Source: Sminthopsis crassicaudata
Taxonomy: Eukaryota
Length of the DNA: 64,000 bases
Reading direction: 5' to 3'
NCBI RefSeq assembly: GCF_048593235.1
Contig: NC_133617.1
Coordinates: 627,358,958 to 627,422,957 of the forward strand
Shown here: piece after piece, positions 25,740 to 49,441 of the stretch
Layout: each line of letters starts with the position of its first letter
Numbering within the stretch: the first letter of the stretch is position 1
Position numbers and translations under genes: made by a program
Notes under the pieces: model-generated
What the model was told of the DNA's origin: nothing
Seen by the model: only the letters and a program-made list of their open reading frames with translations
Databases searched by the model: none

Positions 25740-27770
25740 CTGGACACTCCAAGTGTAGTCTTGGGGTAAGGCCTGTACTGAGACTCACCCGGGAAGTATA
25801 GTAGAGCCGAAGGATGGGATTCCCTGTTAGGTCAATAGTTTTATGGCTCTCACTGCCACGGACCACGGAGCTGGAAGGGAAGACATGGGAATATAAAAAA
25901 GTATGACCTCTCCCACTCAAATTCCTACCGGCCCCACTTCCCCCACACATCTTTCTCTTGTTACCATCAGCCACTAACCCTTGGATTCTCTCTGGCCTCT
26001 AAGGAGAAAGGCCCATTCCCCAGTGAGGTGCCTCTAGGACTTCCTCTTTGTACCCTCATTGCAAGTGATCACTAGGACCCCTCTGTAAGTAACTCCGTCA
26101 GTGATGGGGCCAACCCATAATTTCTCAGCCCAGTGGGGTGGGGGTTGTAACCTGTGTAGGTGCAGCCAATGGCTGGCAACGTCCAGACTCATGCTGAGCT
26201 GGAAGAACATGGTGGTCCGAGGGTAGAGCAGAGCTAGGTTGACCAGCAAACACATGGTGGAACATCGATCAGTCAGCATGTCCAGCATTGCCCCAAAACG
26301 GGTTCCTAAATCAAGGTAGAAAGAGAGCCAGCAGTTTAGGATGAAGACAGTGAGAGTGAATGGACCCCACTGCTCTAAACCCACAGATGTGCAGGAACTG
26401 AAAAATTAAGGGTGCTCGTTCTCTCCTGGGCTCAGAGAAGATACAAGTCAGAAACTGCCAGTCCACTGAGATACTAGATCTCATACTGAGATCCAGAGCA
26501 TCTCATTAGGATCTAGATTAGAAGGTGGGGGGGGGAGTGTTCCCTCATGGGGAAGTTAAAGCTAGATTCCTTGCTATCTGTATGACCTTTGCAATGTGTA
26601 CTGAGTCTCTGTCATGTGTAAACAAACACATGGCTTAGAAATGCTGTTCTTGGTCTAAATCCTTATAACTGTCCCAAATATACCCTGAATCCAGCCCAAA
26701 CTGAGGTAAAAGCAGGATAAACGGAATCCAACATCAAAGCCCGAGGTGGATAAAACGTCCCCAACCTAAAGCAAAAATCCAAAACCCGAGAAAGACCCTG
26801 AGCCGCAGCTCTCCACAAGCCTCCAGACTCGGCTGCTCACTAATCCATGGAGCTGATGTAACACGATTTCGGGGCGCCCTGATTTTAGGGGGAGCTTTAG
26901 ATCTAGCAATAACCTAGGCTTGGGAGGAAACTCCCCCGCCAGTGGGACCACTGCTTAGCTTCTGCCTCAGGGTAATCCCCAGAGCAAGCTCAGAGCCCTC
27001 AGGGAGCAGACCACTCCGCCCAGGCAGAAATAATCTAATCAACCAAGCCCTGGAAACCACCTCTTCCGAGCGGAGCCAGAAGTAGCATGGGCGTGATACA
27101 ATCAGGACAAGCTTGTTAGCTAGGGTGATGGGATTATAAGTCGGTGAACTTTGCCCCTAGATCTCATGACACCGGTCTGTGACCCCCAACTTTTGGAGTC
27201 CCCTTTTCAACAAATCCATAGAGGATTCCCCAGGCTTCTCCAAACCTCTTGTTCACTTCATTCCGGGTTTTGCGACTTAACAGCCCGGGCGCTCTGTGCA
27301 GCAGCTAGCAGTTAGCCGGACCCTTCCCGCTTCAGTCCTGCTAGTGCTGAGAGCCGAGCGCGGGGAGGGGTGGGGGCGGGGAGGCAGGGACCCGGGGAGG
27401 GCCCCTCGGAGAGCCACGCCAGGCACCGCTCACCTTGATTCAGGGCCCTGGCCGCGTGTCCGTCGAAGGCGTCCAAGAGCCCGCTAAGCAAGTAGAAGGC
27501 GGAGGCAGTGAACGGGCAGCTGGGCATGAAGTAGAAGGAAACGAGGGCGAAGGCGATCCGCGCGTAACCTGGGACAGGGAGAGGCGGGAGAGAACGGGGT
27601 GAATAAAGAGGCCGCGGGGAGCTCCCGGGCCGGGGCGCCCAAAACCCCGGAGGCACGGGCCGGGGAAGGGAGCACCGGCCCAAGGTCGCGCAAGTTCGGG
27701 GCAGCGCCGGCGCGGGGGTCCACTCACCGATGAGGTTGGGCACGAACAGAAAGATGTTTTCTTCCGGCAT
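25178..27770 (-). CDS. CDIPT: Phosphatidylinositol synthase (CDP-diacylglycerol-inositol 3-phosphatidyltransferase), 213 aa
   Basis: Exons 27770-27728, 27568-27434, 26305-26152, 25870-25789, 25627-25546, 25323-25178(TAA); 642 nt in total. MPEENIFLFVPNLIGYARI start and the CDP-alcohol phosphotransferase motif DAFDGHAARALNQGTRFGAMLDMLTD. Confidence 0.97.
25700..25737 (+). repeat. (AC)19 microsatellite in CDIPT intron 4
   Basis: Read directly. Confidence 0.95.
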
Positions 27771-28420
27771 CTCGGCGAGGGAGATCTGGACGGCTTCTGG
27801 AAACGCGGATGGGGAGCGATCCCCACCTAGACAGCTAAGCAAGCCCCGGTCTAGGGCTACCGAGTCCCCGGCGGCCGCTCCGCCCCTCTCCTCTGTCCCC
27901 CGGGACACCCCGACGCCGACTCTGTGCAGCCGCTTCTTTCGCCCTGGCGCATCAGCAGCTCCGAGGTCGCAGCAGACCCCGCGGCCTCCGCTCCGGGCGG
28001 CACCCAGATGTGCAAGTCCCCCCTGGCGTCCTAGGCATCAGCCGGTGCAGATGTGCAGTTTCCGGCGCCCAGCCGGCCTTCCTCCTGCAGGGATGCAGCT
28101 CCTCTGACGCCGCTCGCTCGGGGCCCAGGGATGGAGTCAAAGGTCTTCCTCTTCACTTTCCTTCCAGTCGTCCCAGCACCGGCTGCGCGGGATAGAGGAT
28201 CCTGAATCCCAGAAATCTGCTCTTCCGCCCGTGCTGACGCAAAACTGGAGGCCAAACAGCGGCTCCGATCCCTTTAAGGCCGGCCCTCTTCCTTTTCCTT
28301 TTCCTTCCTCCTCCCCTCTCCGCCGGCTTGAACCAAGTTCAGAGCGGGGAGGGGGTGACGCGCACAGAGACTAGGAACGAATCGTAAATTCAGAACGGAA
28401 AAAGGTACCGAGGAGAAGTT
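27280..28420. promoter_or_regulatory. CpG island / CDIPT promoter and 5' leader
   Basis: Dense CpG and GC-rich sequence over CDIPT exons 1-2 and upstream; ETS-like CTTCCGCC near 28222. Boundaries approximate. Confidence 0.8.
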
Positions 28421-28859
28421 AGATAAGAACACTATTAACTAATTTTAATTTTTTTTGTGAGTATTTTTCTTAAAAACGAACAAGAGAGACTTATTTTACG
28501 TAACCTACACTTCAAGAACCCACCGGATGAAGCATTTGGTTCAGTCCTAAATCATCCCTTTCCTCCAACTCTGACTCATCCTCTTTTGATCTCAATTACT
28601 TTAGGACGTCAAGGTGGCGGCTAGAGGGTCAGGAAGAAGCTAGAAGGAGATGACTAGAGATCGCCCCCTGGCCCTGGGAGGATATTACTCTTTCAATATT
28701 AAAGCTTATTTGTAGGATAAATAATTCTCCCCGCCCAGCAAGCTGAGTAGTTCTACTGCAGATAATGCTTGAGCGGAGAAGAAAGGGATGCCGGGAAAAA
28801 AGGAAAAGAAAAAAAAAAAAAAAAGATGACTTCGGATTTGACTTCTAGAATTCAAAGGG

Positions 28860-29030
28860 GCTGTCTCCTAGCAACGCGCCGCGGAGCTCCCTCCGCCTGC
28901 GTGGTTCCCGGGGCAACCTCCCCGTGCCACTCTTCCCCTCCCCCTTCCATCCTCCCTGCCCTCTGCGACCGGTAACCATAGCAACAGCAACGGCGGGACT
29001 ACTAGAAAGACCTCCCCGTCTCTCCCCTCC
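28860..29030 (+). promoter_or_regulatory. Small CpG-rich promoter with three RFX X-box motifs
   Basis: GTCTCCTAGCAAC 28863-28875, GTTCCCGGGGCAAC 28904-28917, GTAACCATAGCAAC 28972-28985, plus an extra AGCAAC half-site at 28986-28991. Confidence 0.7.
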
Positions 29031-29404
29031 CGGGCTATAGGCAATTTCTATCCAACATCAGGTCCGGAAAATGGGAAATTGAACCCTTGGGTTTGGGAAA
29101 GGACCCTGAGGACTAGGGGGTGGAGGAGGAGGGAATCAACTTAAGGGACCAAATTGAGGAAAGGGAGGGGGACAGACTGGTGTGAGGGGAAAGTGGAGAA
29201 ATGACCAATGATGGGCTGGATGCCCTAAGGTTTGTGTGTTTATCTGTTGGAAAAAGGAAACCAGAAGGTGGTTTATCCGTACAACTGAAAATAACATCTT
29301 GGGATAGTTCCAGGCCATGCCTGGCCCACACCCTCCAAAGGAAAAAAAAAAGTGGGGCAACTTTCCAACTTAATAGCCCACCTCTCTCTACCTGTTCCCA
29401 GGGG

Positions 29405-31737
29405 ATGGCGTCCAGTCCTTCAGGGCCTCAGGAGAAAAAGGGCACTCTAAATTCACATAATCCCCCTACACCAGCGGTGAGTGCAGTGGGAGGATTGCAG
29501 GGAAAGGGGCAGTTTTCTCCCCCAAAATCAACCATCTGACCCTGGTCCCCTCAACTCTCATCCTTCCTGCAAGGTGTTAACCAGATCTGAGGAGTATTTG
29601 GTCCGTATCAGCACAGAACTTACCAACGAGGCCCTGATGGGAGCCCAATATCCAATAGGTCCTGACCTGCCCAAGGAATTGAAAAAACTGGACCAGGGGA
29701 CTCAGATGTCCCGACACGGTGATCCCTGCTCTAATACAGTGCCCTGAACTCCAGCCCCAAAGTCTACTCCCTAGGAACCCGTTTTGAACCCTGGCAGGCC
29801 CCCCTTTAGGTGCCATTCCCACCTAACATCATACAACCTTACAAGCATCTGTGTTTCATTTCCGTATTCTTGATCTTACTACCCACTCCCTGTGACTAGT
29901 CATTCCAATCCCTTTTTCCCTTTTTGGTCACAGAGACAGGCACTCTTTCTAACTAGGGCCTATGTTTTCAGTGCCGCCAACCACTCGGACCAAGGGCACA
30001 GATACTCGGTGAGAATCCCTGAGGGGAAAGGTCACACCTTAGGGCACTGGGGAATTGAAGAAAGAGAAACAATAGTGTTATATGGGGCTTTTACAAATTG
30101 TTTTATTCATTACAACTTTGTAGGGTTGTGGAGTGCAAATATAATTTTTCCCATTTTACAGATAATAAAACAAAAAAGCTAAGTAACTTGTGAGTACAAG
30201 TGTTATCTTCCCCACTTACAAATAATAAAACAAAAATGCTAAGTAACTTGCTCACAGGTTTAGAAAGTATCAGAACCAGGTCTCGAACCCAATTCTTCAT
30301 GTTCAAATCCAATAGCAGTCTATATTTTACAGGGGTGAAAGGGAAGTAGGAAATGAGAATCCACTTTTGGGAGGAAATATTATGGAGCACTTTAGGTGGG
30401 AAGGAACTTTGAAGAGGGAGTAGCTGGGCTGCACTCCACCATGGAATGCATTTTTACTATGGAATTCATTTTCTTCCTATCCCCATCCTTTCTTCTTCTT
30501 TGTAGTTCTGACAGAAACAGGACCAGAAACAAGACTCATCTCCTGCCATCCAGAGAGATGGTATGTGATAAGATTCTCTTCCAACCCGATGGGTCCTATT
30601 GAGAGCTAGGGATTGTAGAAAGGGATGTGAAAGAGAGATTCTTATGCTTTCTCACTTGAGGGAGGAAACTACAGGAATTCCCCTACCACAGAATAAGAAA
30701 AATTATACTCCAAATCCCAGAAACAAACCAAGCCCTTCTTCTTGCTTGTAATGCTCCAGGTTGAAGATTTTAAAGATGAGAAAGTAAAATTGCTGAAGTC
30801 GAAAGAGAAAGACCTATCCCAACGTAAGCAGGTGAGAAAGAACCAGTTCCCTAACTCTATTCCTGACTAGCACCTGGGAATGGAGTTTTGCATTAATCTC
30901 TATCCCTTCCTAGGTAGAGACTGTACGACAAGAGGACACTCTGGGTGGAACCATGTATTTGACTCCCCGACGGAATGCTCGGAGGTCGACTACAATCCCA
31001 GAAGGCCTCTCTTCCTATCCTTTGAGGAAAGAGCAAGGAAGTATCAAGGTATTTTGATCGTGGCTGCAACATTTTAAGGTAGAGTCAAAGGTACATTAAC
31101 AAGATGGAATTCACCCAAAGAAAGGTAATTAGCATGAGGAGGAGCCTGGAGATCATTTTTATATGTAGCTTTTGAAGGAACTAAGTCTGCCTAGCTTGGA
31201 AGAGAGAAGACTTTGGGACAGATGTGAAACCTGACTTCATAGATTTGAAGTGTTATCGTATGGAAGAGGCAATAGCTGTAATCTGTATTTACTCCAGAGA
31301 GAAGAACTAGACTCAATGGAAGGAAGTGACAGGGAAGGAGATTTCCATTTAGGAAAGATATTCCATCAGAACTGCTCACCAGCTGCCTCAAAAAGCTCTG
31401 GGTTACTAGAAGTGTTGAAGCAAAGACTGGATGACCATCTCTCAAAGAGGTTGTAGGTGAGATTTCTCCGTGGTTGGATGTTAACTCAGATGACTTGTGT
31501 AAGACCCTCTACTACTAAGATTCTGTAGGGGTGCTTTAGGGGTTGGGGCAGGATCTAGGTTTGTGGTGACCAAGGGACAGCAGGTCACAAAAATATTAGG
31601 AGGGACAGAATACTTCCCTCGGAGGCTTTAGAAGCAGACCTTCTTCGACTCCTGACCCAAGAAAGGACCATTTAGGAAAGGGAGAAGGAGTTCACATCTC
31701 TCCTCTCCTCCCTTTCTTCCCTCAGAATGTGGCCTGA
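29405..31737 (+). CDS. Unannotated spliced gene, 151 aa model; candidate orthologue of the CDIPT opposite-strand locus
   Basis: Coding exons 29405-29476, 29574-29718, 29972-30008, 30506-30560, 30914-31048, 31726-31737(TGA). Putative non-coding exon 1 ends at 29061 (CAG|GTCCGG). Exon 2 acceptor ctctctctacctgttcccag, GGGATGG start context, GTGAGT donor. Phases 0,1,2,0,0 join without stops. The exon 4 acceptor choice is uncertain. Confidence 0.65.
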
Positions 31738-31889
31738 AGTCCCTTTCTTCACAATTCACCTGAAAAAATCCTAGGGTGGACTCCTGGCTATGAGTGTCAT
31801 CATCCCCAAGACCCAAAGACTCTCCCAAACAAAGACATTCTTCTTCACTCCCTACAGCCCGGCCATGACACCATCAGGAGCCAAAGACT

Positions 31890-31895
31890 AATAAA
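31890..31895 (+). terminator. Polyadenylation signal of the unannotated + strand gene
   Basis: AATAAA about 150 nt after the TGA, in a terminal exon with a strong polypyrimidine acceptor (ctctcctctcctccctttcttccctcag, ends 31725). Confidence 0.6.
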
Positions 31896-33109
31896 GAGAC
31901 GGGGACCCCCGCCTTCCCCTCCCCCAATTCAGGCAATGCTGTGGTCTGACCTTATCTGAGGAGGGTAATGAGTGGGATATACTATCACTGGTATAAGGGA
32001 GAGCGGGGAACAGTGGATTAGCTCATCTTTAAGGAGTTCTTCAGGTATATGTGATCTATAAGGTAGGTTGTCTAGGACATGACTTTATGAACTTCCACTA
32101 CCACCTTGCTGGAAAAAAAAAAGGCATTCTATTTTTATAGTAGCATTCACTAAAGCTCAGCATCACCATTAAAAAAAAAAAAACACCCAAAAACCCCAAA
32201 CCCAAAACTTGATGAAAAAAAAGCAAATTCTATTTTTATAGTAGCATTCACTAAAGCTCAACATCACCAGCATGTAAAGTGCTTTTGGACTATCCAATAT
32301 TGCAGATTATCTGCTAGGGTTTTTTTGTTTGTTTGTTTGTTTTGAAGCTTGCATTGCTATTTTTATTTTATCAATAATAGGTATGTTTTTACATAGTGCT
32401 TTTTCCCCCTTTCCCAAGAGCTCAAAGTAGTTTATGCAAATCATCTATCCATTGTCACATTAGCCTTGAACCAGAAAGAACATCATCTCTCTGAAAGAGG
32501 AGAAATCTGGACTGAGCTCACAATACCCATCTAAGAGGTAGATTTGCTAGGGGTTTCTAATCTAATATCATTGATAATTGACTATTTTGAAGTACCTATT
32601 ACTTTGTATTCTCTCCCAGAATCTCCCTCATTAACTAACATAGTCAGCTGAGGGTTGGTTATAGAGCACTGAGCTCTGAGGATAAGAGGAGTTCCCAGCT
32701 CTCCTCAAAAGTTACTATGGTGGAATGGAAAGATATCAAACACAGGAGGAATCAGGGGACCTTGTTTCTCTGCTCTTAAGTTAGTGGACTTGTAGAAATC
32801 ACTTTTACTTTTCTAGGCCTCTTTTTCTTCCTTCAGCTGTACAATATGTGGTGAGATTGGATGATCTGGAAATTCCCTTTCATTCTCAAAGCTCTTAATT
32901 TCTCTCTGAAGGGCTGTTGCCATTAGATCTTCAGTTAAGCATTCAGAGAGTACTTGCTCCAAGCCTCAGTTGAACCTACTCGGCTTCCATAATAGTAGGA
33001 AGTATGGTCTTGTTTTGCCATTCCCCCAACAAACTCTTCTGCTCCCTCTTCCCACTTATAAGCTGCCCCCACCATAATACTGGGCCCAGTTACAAATGGT
33101 GATTCTCTG

Positions 33110-33115
33110 TTTATT
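33110..33115 (-). terminator. Probable SEZ6L2 polyadenylation signal
   Basis: TTTATT on + (AATAAA on -) about 740 nt beyond the SEZ6L2 stop codon. Confidence 0.6.
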
Positions 33116-33851
33116 GCTTGAAAACAAAAATCCAGAAGCCAGGAGTAGTAAAGGGTAGAATTGGGGGGAACCTGAAGGGAGGGAGGGATTGCAGGGGTTA
33201 GGGGTCATTTCCCTAGCCCTCCCTACTCTTACTCTGCTTAGCCAAAAGACTGGGGCTATTGGGCAAAAAGGGGCTGCCTGGAGCTCTTGGCCTGAAGGAG
33301 CAGTGGGTAGGGAAGAGCAAAAAGAAAATCCAAGAATGGATAGTGCTGGTAGGACAGGAGCTTGTGTGGCCAGGAAACTGGAAAGCAATGAGAGCCACCA
33401 GAGAACAAGGAAAAAGTTGTCGAGCCCTCTGAGATTGATCCCTGTGGTAGTCACAGGGACAAGTAGGTTAGGACCTGGACTAAGTAAGATATATTATCCC
33501 TCTCCCCTTATGATTGGCCCCAATGCTAAGTAACCAAGGGACAACCCTGTATTTTAGGGCTGGGGAGCCAGATTATGGATATAGGAGGCAGAAGGACCCC
33601 CTACATTTGGCAACAGAGAAAAAGGATGACTTGGGAGGCAGGATGCTGGCTTATTTTTACCAGAGGATCTTCAGGGTATTTATTGTCCTTAATGGGGTCT
33701 TAGGGTATTTACAAGGAGAAGGGAGAAGCATGAAATGTCGAGAGCTGGGAGTGGAGGATCCAGTTCATTTTACTTCCTCCCCCTTCCCAGGTTGGTCTGG
33801 GGGGAGAGGTCAGGAAGGGACATCTAAAAGTTCTTCTCCTTCCATTGGTGC

Positions 33852-47056
<13,205 letters not shown>

Positions 47057-48378
47057 GACACCCTGATCCCCAAATCCCCCTCTCGCACCCCGATCCCTGC
47101 CCTCCCAGGGGCTGCAGAGCCAGTCGTCTTCACTCAGCTTCTTGGCTATGCCCCTAATCCTTCCCTCCCCAGGAGCTGAGGAGCTAGTCTTCTTGATCTT
47201 CTTCCTATTCTGCTCCGTCTACTACCGCTTCCTTTTAAGGAAGAAAATCCAGGGCTCGACAGGAGGCGAAAGGCTGAGGTGGGTGTGTGTGTGTTGAGGA
47301 ATATAGGGGAAAGACTGGGGACCGAAGATTCTTGGCTTTCTCTCCTCCTTGGATGCCCGGTCGGCTCTCTTGCCCGGACACCTCTGTCCTCTCTCTTCCC
47401 GTGGGGGGGAGGGGGGAGGGGGCGCGGCTGCGTCTGCAGGGGGTGGGGCGCAGCGGGGGAGCGCTAAATCAGAGCCGGCTCTCTCAGAGGTCGGGACGCC
47501 TGGGTCCCACTCTCTGCCCCTGACGCCTGTTTTCGGCCTCGATTAGATCCCAGGTGGTTGGGTGCAGGGCAGAGATTGCAATTGTAGCTTGGGGGGGAGG
47601 TGGAAAGAATGAAGGCTAGGGAGGAGTATCGAAAGGGTTCTGGAAGGGTTCTATGGGGAAAGAGGAGGGGGGTCGCAGGGTCCTGGGGAGGGAGATGCGG
47701 GGTGGGGGCAGCTCGAGAGCTGAGGCTGCGAGAGGGAGAAGCTGAGAAAGGTGTCGAAGCCCACGTCAGATCCTGGGGCCGGGCGAGGGGAGGGGCCTGC
47801 TGCGTGGGTATGTGGGGGAGACCGAGGAGGGAGGGTACACTGTGTGAAGGCGGGCCCCGAGTCATGTCCGTCCCCCACCCACATCCGCACTCCTTAACCC
47901 ACTGGTGAGAGGGAAAGGAAGGCCTCGGTCCAGTCTCGGATTAGTGCCCCCGCCCTCAGGATGAACATCTGGAATTTTAATCGCGTCCCACCGATCTGTA
48001 AGCCGCAACGCAGCTGCATTTCCTCCTGTTTCCCAAGACACCCCACTCTGCCCCCGGATTTCACCCCCTCCCTTTCCTCAGCCATGGGGTGAGAGGGAAT
48101 TTACTCTCAGGTCCTCCCTGCCCCCAGCCACTACACCGGCTTTCTAACGGGAGAAGGAAGCGGGCGGGGGTCTAACGTCTGAACTGTCCCTTCTCGATTT
48201 CCTCAGGGAATCCCTTCCCCAGAATCCTTCAAACGAGCTTCAGTGCGGAGTGCACCTTGTCCCAAGCTTGTACAGTGCTCCTCCTGCCCCCCTCCTTCTC
48301 TCCCTTCTAGAACTGTGCCCGCTGCTTCGTTGCCCTCTTCCCGCGAAGGCATTAACGGGCTCTGGGGTGCAGGCCTTT

Positions 48379-48407
48379 TTCAGCACCACCGACCCAAGGA
48401 CAGCGCT
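48379..48407 (+). promoter_or_regulatory. Non-canonical bipartite RE1/NRSE (REST) site
   Basis: TTCAGCACC + 10-nt spacer + GGACAGCGCT; both half-sites near consensus. Confidence 0.65.
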
Positions 48408-48984
48408 CTCCCCAGCCCCGCCCCTCCGCTCCTAACGCGGCTCTCCACGCTGATTGGCTGGGGAGGCCTCCACCTTCGCCTCTCGCAGGCAATCACCGGC
48501 GTCCCGTGCCTGCCTTGCGGGAAGCGTAGGCTGGAGCTGGAAGGGAGAAGAGTCACCTAGAGACAGACTGGGGAGGCTGTGTCCCGAAAGCTGCTGACTT
48601 GATTGCCTCCCGCGGCTTGTCAGCGCCGCCCTCGCCCCACCAATCTGTCGGTCTCTCCATCTCCCCATCCGTTGGCTCCATGCCCCGCCCCTCCCTCCCC
48701 CTTTTCGCATTGCGGGCCGGCCGGACTCCAACGCAACCACCTCAGAGCCCAACTTGACGCCCAGCCAAGGAGGGGAGTCCAGCCCTGTCAGTCTCGCTTC
48801 CCAAGCCTCCAGGGGTCATCCGTCCCCTGCCCCCACCCCCGGATTACAAAAGTTCCCTCTCCCTTCCGTGCCTTGCCCCCTCCCCTCTGCTCTTTCCCTT
48901 CCTGACGCGAGTATCCGAGAGATGCGGCTGATTCTGGGGTGGACCTGAAGTGATGGGTGCGGAGGTGGGAAGGGGGGGAGAAGG

Positions 48985-48992
48985 TGACGTCA
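48985..48992. promoter_or_regulatory. Full palindromic CRE
   Basis: TGACGTCA about 450 bp upstream of the ASPHD1 ATG. Confidence 0.5.
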
Positions 48993-49441
48993 GGGTGAGT
49001 GGGAAAGGAGGGGGAGAGAGGAGAGGAGAATAGAGAGAAGGGATAGAGCGGAGTTAAGGGGAGGGGAAAAGGAGACGAGGAGGTGGAGAGGGACAGAAGA
49101 GAGGAAAGGAAGGAGAGGGCTGTGGAGGGAAGGTGGAAGCTGCTGCAGAGGACTAGGATCCATCCCAGGATCTGAGGGCTGCATGATGAGGTGGGACAGG
49201 AACTGCTGATGGAGGAAGAGAGAAATTGAAAAGTGGAAGCAGAATCGTGGAGGCAGAAGCCCCAGAAAAAAAGGGGCTAGGAAGGAGAGGTGATGGAGAA
49301 TGAGGAAGACAGCATGGAGTAAGGCCCCAGGAGGGTAAATCTGAGGTTGCTAGAGGAAGAAGCCGGTAGGGCAGGGAGAGGAGGGAAAGATTTAGGGAAT
49401 GCCTGGGGCCTTTTGACTAGACTCCCCACTCCATTTCCACC

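Noticed and set aside
30988-31007. ZNF143/SBS-like GACTACAATCCCAGAAGGCC
   Set aside because: Spacer one base shorter than consensus, and it lies within predicted coding exon 6, which explains the sequence.
30914-31048. Alternative open frame of hidden-gene exon 6 (RDCTTRG...RARKYQ)
   Set aside because: Needs exon 5 skipping or a different phase, and most CpGs would sit at synonymous NCG positions. Disfavoured but not excluded.
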